From a virus (Duplodnaviria; Caudoviricetes): a stretch of DNA of 64,000 bases. The notes below the pieces were generated by a model, which searched no databases, was not told the DNA's origin, and saw only the letters and a program-made list of their open reading frames with translations. The position numbers and the translations under genes are program-made. Below, in pieces: positions 1 through 8,700 of the stretch (position 1 is the stretch's first letter; every line of letters begins with the position of its first letter). The stretch covers positions 1 to 64,000 of IMG/VR virus record IMGVR_UViG_3300021431_004509. One strand, given 5' to 3'.

Positions 1-135
1 TTAAGGAATGTAATTCAAATAGATAAAAAAAAAAATACTATATTTATTAATTGAATAGATAAAAAATTCTATTGTCTTGTCTATTTCAAATAAAAATAAG
101 ACCATCGCATTTCTTTTTTTTTTTTTTTTCGCGCG

Positions 136-184
136 AAAAAAAAAAAAAGAGAGACCACATCACCATAAGATGATGTGGTCTCTC
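136..184 (-). terminator. Rho-independent terminator ending the minus-strand late/lysis operon
   Basis: 14-bp perfect stem GAGAGACCACATCA/TGATGTGGTCTCTC (149-162/171-184), followed on the minus strand by a long U run. Confidence 0.8.
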
Positions 185-226
185 CGTGTTGTAAATTGTA
201 TATGTTTTTTACATCGAGCGGATAAT

Positions 227-475
227 TTACTCGATGCCGTAATCAGTGGCGTCAATCCGGTAGTCGATATAATTCACGACGATGAAGTCTGCCTTGGCAT
301 ATCCGTCATCGTTCAGCATTTTCTCGACCTGCTCATCGAGGGCCTCCTCGTCAGGGAACTCCATTGGGACGATCTCTTTCGGGAGGTCTTCGCCGTTATC
401 CTTCTCGGTGGTGAGCCACTGATAGAGTGACGCGTAGTTGTCTCTCTTTGACTTCACAAGCATAATTCTGTACAT
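227..475 (-). CDS. Small acidic hypothetical phage protein
   Basis: ORF tightly coupled to the upstream gene; GAGGTG SD before ATG at 475. Confidence 0.6.
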   Translation of the reverse strand: MYRIMLVKSKRDNYASLYQWLTTEKDNGEDLPKEIVPMEFPDEEALDEQVEKMLNDDGYAKADFIVVNYIDYRIDATDYGIE

Positions 476-489
476 GCACTGCACCTCAC

Positions 490-978
490 TTAGTTAATAA
501 AGTCGTTGTTTGTAAGGTGCTGATCGTATCTTTTTTTTATCAGCGCCTTGGCGTGGACAGTCCGGTTGTTCTTGAAATCTGGGTGACCGTCGCAGTAGTC
601 TTCATATTGGTCGATGTCCTCCATCGCTTGGTCATATGATTCTTTCGAGTGCTCCTGCCCATTCCGGATCTCTTCACAGAACCTGAGAATCCGGCACCTG
701 CAATTGATCGCTTCTCTCATATCAATGTCCGCTTTGATTACATCCTGCTCTTTACGGATACCGTTCAGGTCTTTCTTGAGTGACGCGATATCCTCGTTCA
801 TAGCTTTCATGTCCTTTTTCAGGCTGTCATTGATGTTATCTCCGATCCATTTCAAAGCGAGAGAGATCGGGTTGAATTTGATCTTTTTGTTGAACTCGAC
901 AATCACTGTAAGACCAGCCGCAATACCGGCCACCCATCCTACGATCTGCCCGACCGTAAGACTAAGGATTGCTTCCAT
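490..978 (-). CDS. Membrane-anchored coiled-coil protein of the lysis module (holin-associated)
   Basis: N-terminal TM helix (VGQIVGWVAGIAAGLTVIV), coiled coil, C-terminal YEDYC..HPDFKNNRT motif typical of Clostridia phage lysis-region proteins; GGAGG SD. Confidence 0.65.
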   Translation of the reverse strand: MEAILSLTVGQIVGWVAGIAAGLTVIVEFNKKIKFNPISLALKWIGDNINDSLKKDMKAMNEDIASLKKDLNGIRKEQDVIKADIDMREAINCRCRILRFCEEIRNGQEHSKESYDQAMEDIDQYEDYCDGHPDFKNNRTVHAKALIKKRYDQHLTNNDFIN

Positions 979-994
979 ACCATCCCTCCGTTTC

Positions 995-1321
995 TTATGC
1001 GGGCTGGATGGCGGCATCCTTCAGACGTTTAACGGCTGCTTCAATAAATGCGTCGAACTCTTCCTCGTCAACATTGAATCCCTTTTCGCGCAGAAGGGAC
1101 AGAACATATTCTTTCTTCTCCTTGCCGCGCTTCTCGCCGATATACTTCTGCTCGGCCGCGTCTACAAAGATGCTCGCAAAGTATTCCAGATCAGAATACT
1201 GTCTCTCATTGAGCTTGTCCTTCAGCCACTTCTTGGCGGTCGGGATCAGATAAATAATAGCTGCGCTGATAACCAGCTCAAGAACCCCAAGCAGAAGCTG
1301 GGTAATATCGATAGTAGGCAT
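995..1321 (-). CDS. Phage holin (LL-H-like)
   Basis: One N-terminal TM helix, 'V.AAEQ....GKEKKEYV' and 'IEAAV' motifs; next to the endolysin. Confidence 0.8.
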   Translation of the reverse strand: MPTIDITQLLLGVLELVISAAIIYLIPTAKKWLKDKLNERQYSDLEYFASIFVDAAEQKYIGEKRGKEKKEYVLSLLREKGFNVDEEEFDAFIEAAVKRLKDAAIQPA

Positions 1322-1341
1322 ATCATACCCTCCTTATAGTT

Positions 1342-1668
1342 CTACTTACCCCATGTCTCATATCCGACCGGGACAGTGTTTGCGTATGTGTATTTGTAAG
1401 TATCGTTTTCTTTCGCCAGATCACCATAAATACTCCGCAGCTTGATCTGGTTCTCTTTTTCGGCTTTCTTGAAATAGAAGGCGCATATCGACGCAACGAC
1501 CGCGTCAACGCTCCCGAGCACCCATGTAATAGGTGACATATCTCTGGTGATAAGCATCATCACGATTGCGAACAGGATCACGAAAATCCATAAAGTCATC
1601 CCGATTGCTGTGATAACCTTTGAGAACTCTCTTTTACGAGGCTTCTCATGTCTCCCTGTCTTCTTCAT
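1342..1668 (-). CDS. Two-TM holin-like membrane protein
   Basis: Basic N-terminus, two hydrophobic helices, 'FYFKKAEKEN.IK' tail; lies between endolysin and holin. Confidence 0.65.
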   Translation of the reverse strand: MKKTGRHEKPRKREFSKVITAIGMTLWIFVILFAIVMMLITRDMSPITWVLGSVDAVVASICAFYFKKAEKENQIKLRSIYGDLAKENDTYKYTYANTVPVGYETWGK

Positions 1669-1670
1669 CC

Positions 1671-3080
1671 TTAGACGCCTCCGTTCTTCCAGCGTACATA
1701 GTTGTACACCTCGTCAAGGACGCGCCATGTCTGTGGACCGACGATGCCGTCAACCTCAAGATCACACTGCTGCTGGAATACACGCACGGCGTTCCATGTC
1801 TTGATACCGAACTCGCCGTCTACACCACCAGGGTTATACCCGGTATATGCAAGCTTCTCCTGAAGTTCGCGCACAAATGCACCTGTGGCTCCTCTCCTGA
1901 GCATAGGACGCCCGCCTGGCACCTCGGACGACACAGTGCTTTGGGATGAATAAGTCGGGCTAGAAACGCTCGTATTCGCGTTCAATGTTGCGTTTTCTAA
2001 CAGTTCATATCTAGGTCTCCCGTAACCCGCGATATACGGGCTGCCGATCTGATACGTCCTGCGTGCGACCATATCTGTGGTGTTGCCCTCGATTGTGGTA
2101 ACGACGCCTCCAGATACAGCCTCCACAATGCCTGTGTGATTAATCGCACCGCCAGAGTAGAAGAAGATCTGATCGCCGACATGCGGCTCATCAGACCATC
2201 TACCGGCCTGCTGATAATACTGCGCAGAGTACATACACCCGGCGCCTGCGCTGCCGCTTGGCTGGCACAGAACCTTCATCGCCATTTCTGCTCCCCACGC
2301 TTTATAGTGGAGCCAATCGTGGAAGATGTCGCACCAGGCGTAGCCGTTCTTCTTCCCATTGTAGAAGTTCGCAACGGCATCAAGATCCCGTGCGTACTTC
2401 GTCCAGTTGCCTGATCCTGCGTTCGCGTTCTTATCGTCCAGCCCATAGTTGCTTACCTTTTCACGATAGCCAAGCTCAGCTCTGGCGATATCCAGTACTC
2501 TGTTGATCGCTTCGTTCTGTGTCATTTGACCACGTCCTTTGTTAATGTCTCTGCCTGAGAAATACTGCTGCCACTCCATGGCGTATCCGTATCTCTCTAC
2601 CATATTGTTTTCCTTTTCCTGCGGGTTCTCCCACTTGTCGAGCAGCTCCCATGTGCAAGCCTTCAGATCGTTACTGGTGCATAAAAGCCTCCAGACGCCA
2701 GGAAAGTACGCCGGAAGCTCCCACAAAATGTATTCAACTTGAAGTGTGTAGTCCCCGATGGAACCGCCTTTCTTCCTTACGAGATCAAGGAACATCCTCT
2801 TTCTCGGCCCATAAGTGACCTGGAAGAGTCCGTACCCGAACCCGTCGTCAACAAACCTGGTATATGTGCCACGGTCGACAGCGTTGGTGTATTGCTCGTC
2901 AGTCATACCGAGGATCTTATTCGCCGTGTCTTCCAGGTTGTTTGGGATGAACCGGCTTTCCTTTTGGAGATTTGCAAGCAACGCATAAATACCGGCCTTT
3001 GTCATACCGGCGCCCACACATTTGTTATAGATATACTCGACGATCTCTGCTGTTTTCTGCTGCATTGTTTTCGCCATCAC
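1671..3080 (-). CDS. Modular endolysin: phage-tail-type lysozyme + CHAP amidase + PG_binding_1
   Basis: 'NLQKES..GYGLFQ.T' lysozyme2-like motif; CHAP motifs AWCD / HTGIV / IEGNT; C-terminal 'LRRG..G..VRELQ..L...GY..G.VDG.FG..T..AV..FQ....L.VDGIVG..TW'. Confidence 0.9.
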   Translation of the reverse strand: MMAKTMQQKTAEIVEYIYNKCVGAGMTKAGIYALLANLQKESRFIPNNLEDTANKILGMTDEQYTNAVDRGTYTRFVDDGFGYGLFQVTYGPRKRMFLDLVRKKGGSIGDYTLQVEYILWELPAYFPGVWRLLCTSNDLKACTWELLDKWENPQEKENNMVERYGYAMEWQQYFSGRDINKGRGQMTQNEAINRVLDIARAELGYREKVSNYGLDDKNANAGSGNWTKYARDLDAVANFYNGKKNGYAWCDIFHDWLHYKAWGAEMAMKVLCQPSGSAGAGCMYSAQYYQQAGRWSDEPHVGDQIFFYSGGAINHTGIVEAVSGGVVTTIEGNTTDMVARRTYQIGSPYIAGYGRPRYELLENATLNANTSVSSPTYSSQSTVSSEVPGGRPMLRRGATGAFVRELQEKLAYTGYNPGGVDGEFGIKTWNAVRVFQQQCDLEVDGIVGPQTWRVLDEVYNYVRWKNGGV

Positions 3081-3163
3081 CCCTTTTTGTTTAGATAATC
3101 AGAGAAGCACTGGATATCGCACCCGTGCTTCATAAATTATTTTGTTCCGATTTAGATAGTTTT

Positions 3164-3193
3164 ATAGCCGGCCTCATGGCCGGCTATTTTTTT
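3164..3193 (+). terminator. Hairpin with U-tract oriented for plus-strand (antisense) termination
   Basis: ATAGCCGGCC-TCAT-GGCCGGCTAT followed by a T run on the + strand. Confidence 0.55.
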
Positions 3194-3223
3194 AGTATTC
3201 GAATTGTATTGGCTGCCAAAACG

Positions 3224-3352
3224 TCAGCCTGACGTCCATGACGTCGTCTGCAGACTGATGCAAACAGGTATAAATACAGATCCATCCAACGTTTTGCGCA
3301 TACACAGGGACCCACGATGAGTCAACTGCCGAGGCGTAGTCGCCCTAAACAT
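3224..3352 (-). CDS. Possible 42-aa ORF or gene remnant (MFRATTPRQL...)
   Basis: GAGGTGG SD and ATG at 3352; open to TGA at 3224; below the ORF-track cutoff. Confidence 0.3.
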   Translation of the reverse strand: MFRATTPRQLTHRGSLCMRKTLDGSVFIPVCISLQTTSWTSG

Positions 3353-3386
3353 AAAACCACCTCGTTTTCAAATATGGTATAAGGTA

Positions 3387-3581
3387 TTATTCTTCGCCGT
3401 CTTCCGGTTCTTCGACCGGGATCAGCTCGTCGGTCTCCTCGTATACGCGCCCGAGACCTTCCGGGTCGATGGCCTCCTCGTAGACCTCGCCGTCGCGTGT
3501 GATGAATTTTCCGTCGCTGGAATAGGTGCGGATCAGCCGCACGCCGTCTTCACGCTCCATAAACACTTCCATTACAATCAT
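3387..3581 (-). CDS. Small acidic tail-associated protein
   Basis: GGAG SD; 'LIRTYS..G..I...G..YEEA.DP......Y.ET' type usually found beside LRR tail proteins. Confidence 0.65.
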   Translation of the reverse strand: MIVMEVFMEREDGVRLIRTYSSDGKFITRDGEVYEEAIDPEGLGRVYEETDELIPVEEPEDGEE

Positions 3582-3596
3582 AGTAATCTCCTTCCA

Positions 3597-3833
3597 TCAT
3601 GCAGCCGGCTTCTCGTGGAACAACTGTTCATATAGTGCCCTCATGTTTTCAATCGAATGCCATGCGTCAAAACGTTTCGCATAGGCAAACCATGATTGAT
3701 AAGAACACCAAACATCGTTCATCGTAATGGTGCCGGATGTTAATTTCTTCTTGAGCTTCTTCAGTTTTCGCCGCATTCTTACGATCGATTGCTTCGGAAT
3801 CTTATAAACGATCCTGCCGTTCTCGGTAACAAA
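3597..3833 (-). pseudogene. 3' remnant of a DGR-type reverse transcriptase (thumb region only)
   Basis: FVTENGRIVYKIPKQSIVRMRRKLKKL...SYQSWFAYAKRFDAWHSI..M..LYEQLF resembles the C-terminus of Firmicutes DGR RTs; no start codon and no YxDD; begins ~10 nt after the target gene's stop. Confidence 0.75.
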
Positions 3834-3843
3834 GGATGTGAGA

Positions 3844-3975
3844 TTAGGTGCAGAAGCCGAAGGCCACACCACCCGTGTAGAGGGAGGAGTTGTTGGAGAC
3901 CGTGCCGCCGTTGGTGAAACTCCGGAAGGCCGTGTTGTCGCTGGAGTACGCAGACCGGAGCCACCAGGGGGCGGC
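3844..3975 (-). repeat. DGR variable repeat VR-B
   Basis: Ungapped codon alignment with 5606-5737; 33-bp identical 3' core (3840-3872 = 5602-5634); differences mostly at codon positions 1-2 of NNC codons. Confidence 0.85.
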
Positions 3976-5415
3976 AGAACCAGATCCAAGAATTCCAAGC
4001 TTCTTGATTCTTTTTGTGTCTGCTGTAAAAAACCCAGTATAGACACATCCAGAAGACTCATACTTTGTGCCGCCATACATCTCCCTCGCGGATGGAATCC
4101 ACACCTTGTCGTTTACGGTTTTTGTGGAACTGGATGTCTTATCGTAGAATGTCTTTTTGACAGACTTTACAGCAACTTTCACAGTGCTCTCCATATTGTC
4201 GTAGAGTGCCTGCATAAGGCTTGTGCGAAGCGGACAAACTTCCCATCCGCCGGCGTTTGTATTTGCTGGGTTCATCATAGCCCGCAGAGGCAGATTGGTG
4301 GCCAGCCATGTGATCTTGGCCTTACCGGTGTCGTCCGCCAATTCATCAGTATCCATGGCGACGATTTGCATCAGCATGTGGAAAGCACCAATGTTGACAA
4401 CCTTTGTATCTCCGACGCTATACTTGGAAGAGTATGTGCCGTCGTTCTCCGCAGCGAGAATGTCTGCCCAACTGTCAGTGATTGTCCCCGTCACGACTTC
4501 TTTTGGATATTCATCCAGAGATACAATCTGGTTTGCGTATGTAGCCCAGTTTGTCGCAGACTTATAGGTGTCGACGAGCTCGCTCGGTACAAAGATATGC
4601 CCTATTCCGGATGCGATTGGCGTATTTGTCAGCGCGTTTGTGTTCGCAAGCGTAAGCTGTGATGCATTACGTAAGACCAATGACATGAGGTTGTAATCCC
4701 CGGCAAATGCACTGGCAACGATAGACGGCTTTGCACTAAGGTCAACTTCTGCAGCAAAGTTTGTGATATTGCTTCCCAATGTCGTGGCGGACGGAAGTAC
4801 AAGTTTGTCTACAACTGCATTGTAAAATGCGCTTCTGCCAATACTCGTGGCAGAAGGAAACGACGGAGTCATAAGAGCAGTACACCCCTGGAAGGCTGAG
4901 CCTCCGATGGATTTGACATTTGGAAAACTGACGTCACGCAAGGCCATACAGCTACAAAAACAGCTTGATGCAATATCTGACAGCGATGCAGAGAAACTGA
5001 TAGTTGTAAGCTTCGTGCAATTGCCAAACATACTCGCAACCAGAAAGCGCATCTTCGGAAATATAGCGCTTTCCAGAGCCGTACATCCATAGAACGCATC
5101 AGTCCCTCCATATATTGCTTCCGGGGCAGACACGTCGCGCAGAGCGATGCAGCTCCGGAACATATATTGCCCAAAATGTTTCATGTTAGGAAACGCTGCA
5201 GAAGTAAGAGCAGAACAAGAAGCAAACGCTGACCCTCCGACTTCCTTGGATGTAATGCCTGGCAACTCAACGTACCTTAGACCTATGTTGTTATACAACG
5301 CATAACTCATAAGAGTATCTACGCTATCTTCTTTTAGCTCTTCCAATTCACCCGCGACCAACAAGTCAAACGTTGCTTGATCACCAAGTTCGTCTCGCGT
5401 ATTAATAAATGACAT
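3844..5415 (-). CDS. BspA-type LRR_5 + DUF6273 (C-type-lectin-like) adhesin; DGR target 2
   Basis: 'IG..AF..C..L..V.FP' repeats; ends WWLRSA...GGVAFGFCT. Confidence 0.85.
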   Translation of the reverse strand: MSFINTRDELGDQATFDLLVAGELEELKEDSVDTLMSYALYNNIGLRYVELPGITSKEVGGSAFASCSALTSAAFPNMKHFGQYMFRSCIALRDVSAPEAIYGGTDAFYGCTALESAIFPKMRFLVASMFGNCTKLTTISFSASLSDIASSCFCSCMALRDVSFPNVKSIGGSAFQGCTALMTPSFPSATSIGRSAFYNAVVDKLVLPSATTLGSNITNFAAEVDLSAKPSIVASAFAGDYNLMSLVLRNASQLTLANTNALTNTPIASGIGHIFVPSELVDTYKSATNWATYANQIVSLDEYPKEVVTGTITDSWADILAAENDGTYSSKYSVGDTKVVNIGAFHMLMQIVAMDTDELADDTGKAKITWLATNLPLRAMMNPANTNAGGWEVCPLRTSLMQALYDNMESTVKVAVKSVKKTFYDKTSSSTKTVNDKVWIPSAREMYGGTKYESSGCVYTGFFTADTKRIKKLGILGSGSAAPWWLRSAYSSDNTAFRSFTNGGTVSNNSSLYTGGVAFGFCT

Positions 5416-5535
5416 ATCGTATTGTTTTCACCTCCGTAAGTGATTCGATGAAAGAGATATTTTAATAGCTGGGTGCGGCCTCCATCAGGCGGCGAACCCG
5501 TATTTGATTGTCTAGTTATCCCACCTTTGACCCGT

Positions 5536-5593
5536 GAGAACCCGTAGGAGATACGGGTTCTCGTCAGGTAACTCCGGCAACAACCGGAAGTTT
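5536..5593 (-). other. Hairpin/cruciform elements downstream of VR-A (candidate DGR homing structure)
   Basis: AACTCCGG-CAACAA-CCGGAAGTT (5570-5592) and a perfect 11-bp stem GAGAACCCGTA-GGAGA-TACGGGTTCTC (5536-5562). Confidence 0.6.
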
Positions 5594-5605
5594 TTAGATG
5601 AGAGA

Positions 5606-5737
5606 TTAGGTGCAGAAGCCGAAGGCCACACCACACGTGATGTTGGCGTAGTTGCCGCCGACCGCGCCGGCGCTGCTAACAAACCGAAAGATATCGTTGC
5701 TCTTGGAGGTCGCGGACCGGAGCCACCAGGTGGTGGC
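5606..5737 (-). repeat. DGR variable repeat VR-A
   Basis: See VR-B; encodes WWLRSATSKSNDIFRFVSSAGAVGGNYANITCGVAFGFCT. Confidence 0.85.
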
Positions 5738-8700
5738 ATAACCATTGACCGTCTTGAATTTCGTAGAGGCTGTGCTCGTAAACAATCCAGAATAAATAGG
5801 ACCGCTGGCTTCATAGCTTGAGCCTCCAAACACCTCGCGCGCAGACGGCAGCCAAATGGTTTCGTCCGTTGTGAGGTCGCCGCCGGTTGTCTTGTCATAA
5901 GATGTCTTCGACACAGTTTTGATGTTGTTCCTAATGGTTTCATCTAAAGTAGGCAGAATTGTATCACGCAGCCATTTCCGCATTTCGGTGACAGGCCAGC
6001 CGTTTGCGTTGGTGCCGGTAGCGTTCATGCGGTGTGTGGTATTAAGGCATTCGAGGAGAATCCAGGTGATCTTCGCTGTCCCGCCGGCACTCAGCGTATC
6101 GGTGTCGATTGCTGCGATCTGTGCGTAAGCAATCCGACCATTCACGCTAAGCTGCTTTGTATCTCCAACACTGTACTTTGTTGTATAAGTACCGTCGTCT
6201 TCTGCCGCAAAGATCTCCGCCCAGCTGTCGCTGATTGTGGAGAAATCCGTCATCGGGTACGCAGAGATCGGATAGATCTGGCTTGCATATGTCGACCAGT
6301 TTGTCGCAGCCTTGTAGCTTTCCACCAGCGCACTTGGTACATAGATCGCGCCATTCTTTGCGGCGATCGCGGTGACTGCCAGCGCGTTACTGTCAGCAAG
6401 AGTGGCTACGGTGCTGCTGTTGATGATCAGGTGTGCCAACTTGGTATCTCCGCTGAATGCACTGGCAGCAATGCTTGTGGCACCTGTTCCGGTGAGCTCA
6501 ACAACCTCCAGAGCGGTGCATCCCTGGAACGCACTCGCACCGATTGTAGTCGCACTCGTCTCGGAGGACGTCAGGGCCGTGTAGTTATAAAACGCGTAAG
6601 CGCCTACCGTGGAAGCTGTATCGCTATTGTACTCCGTCAGCGTGCCTTTCAGATACTTCACAACAACGGAGCTTGTATCAAGATACTGCGCGATAAAATC
6701 AGTATTTGCTGTGATCACATAGTTCGACGGACTCCAGCCATTGAAGACCATGTCCTGATTCTCCGGCGCATAGCTTGGGTTGCTTGGCGGCGTCACGGTC
6801 GTACCGTAATCCACAGTCCCGGACTTCAGTACGCTGTTATCATTGTTCAGGAAGCGATACGTGTACTTACGCACAATCTGTGTATACTTCGCTGTGATCG
6901 TCGTGTCTGCCTTAACAAATGTGAAGCTTCCATCCCAACCGTCGTATGTGTAGGAGTACTGCTGAGTGGAGCCACGAGCCGGCCTCGCGATACGCCCTGC
7001 CGTAACAGGGTCAACTGCGTCCGCTTCGTCAAAGACAACCTGTGTATCCAGTCTCGTACCATCCCAATCCTTAAAGGTGACGGCAAACTGTTGATCGGTC
7101 TTATACTCGGCGGTATACGTGATGTTCGCCTTCACGTTGCGAGCCATGTCAGCGTCCCAACCCTTATAGATATAGTTGTAAGTTGGGGCAGATGCGCGAA
7201 CTGGTGTATCGATAGCGCCGCTCACAACAGGGTCAACAACGTTCCCGCCGCGATTCACACGCTCCGTATAGAGCACAGTCCCGCCTGCGTCGTCAGGATT
7301 CTTAAACACAATGATGTAGTACTGGACAGTTGTATACGTCGCTTTAACAGTCGTATTCTCGGTGATACCCTGCAGCGCTTTATCCCATCCGCTGTACACG
7401 TAGTTGGTCTGGTTCGTTTCGTCTGCTGGTCGCATCGGCACTTCGATGTCACCGGCAGTGACAGGATCATCGACATTCATACCTGACGCGATATACTTCC
7501 GAACCAGCACAGTATCATCCCAGTTTACAAAGGCAACTTCAATAGACGGATCTGTAGCGTAGCGTGCAGTAATAATCTTGTCCTGTGTAATATTAAACAG
7601 CGAGCTGTCCCAGCCGATATATGTATACACATACTGTTCGTCTATCTCTTTTACGGGGACATCGATCAGGTTGGAGGCGACAGGATCAATAACGTTTTGT
7701 CCCTCGTGTACAAGCGTGGAGTACAGAAGCGTATGATCGGCATCTGCGTTGACGAAATCAACCTGATAACCTGGGTCTGCGCGATAAACGGCAGTTACGA
7801 TCATATTGGACTGGATATTGGTCAAGTCTTTGTCCCACCCGGCATAGGTGTAGAACATTCTATTTGCTGCCTCACGCACGGGGGTCTGGATTCTGCCGCT
7901 TGCCACAGGATCAAGGACGCTGCCGCCAAGACCGCATGTCTGAGTGTCAAGGATTGTCCCGTCCCAATCACGGAAGCGGATCGTACAAGTTGCCTCACCG
8001 TTTGCCACAACAAGCAGATCTGGGAAGTTATCTGTGAATCCGTTCAAGAGCTCAGCAGAAATAGTCTCATCAACGCGAACGACCCCATTGACCACGGCGT
8101 ACGGTGTGTTCATGCCATCCGCGTCCAGGCCGCCGATGATTCGATTGCCCTGTGCATTCTCCGCTGTCAGCCGGTCATAGATTTGCTGAAGCACAGCGGC
8201 ACTGCTGACTGTCCAGTCAATGTTGACCAAACGCAGTCGATTCAGGTTCCCATTCTGCGTAATCAGGGTTTCAATCGGGATGTTTGGTGTGTTCTCAACG
8301 CGAAGAGTCTCCAAGTTACCGTACCCCTCAAAGATCGGCGGCGTCAAATCCGCCTGATTTTGTACAGTAAAGTTCGTCAATGTGCTTGGCAGCTTCAAGG
8401 TTTCAAGATGCCCGCCATTCGGTAAAGAAATACCGCGAAGCTGTGTGCCGGTCGCAATAACTTCTTTCAGCCCGGAGCATCCGCTCAAGTCCAGCACCTT
8501 CTGTGTCCCGGTGCCAAACAGTTTGCAATTTGCTACATTAACAGACTCCAGCAGGTTATTGTTGCCGACAGTGACACTGTTCTTCACACCGAGTCGGAGG
8601 TTCTCGTAATTTGGGTCCTCATCGCCCAATTTGATCTCTCTCAACTTTGTAGCTGCCGCCGAGTTAAACTCACCGACGATCAGCGGGCTGAGGTCCCCGA

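Noticed and set aside
1-148. AT-rich start with a T-run/CGCGCG/A-run palindrome (possible hairpin telomere)
   Set aside because: Symmetry does not extend beyond the homopolymers. The A run is the terminator U-tract, and long homopolymers at a window edge may be sequencing error.
3597-4076. 159-aa ORF as a real gene, or a programmed frameshift fusing adhesin and RT tail
   Set aside because: Its 5' half is an alternative frame of the adhesin with no SD or slippery site. Only the 3' ~78 codons look RT-like.
3844-5737. One VR acting as the template repeat for the other
   Set aside because: Both copies have non-A bases at many mismatched sites (e.g. TCC/GGC, GGT/TGT), so neither fits a TR.
6032-7486. 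484-aa plus-strand ORF
   Set aside because: Antisense shadow of the giant tail gene; no motifs or SD.
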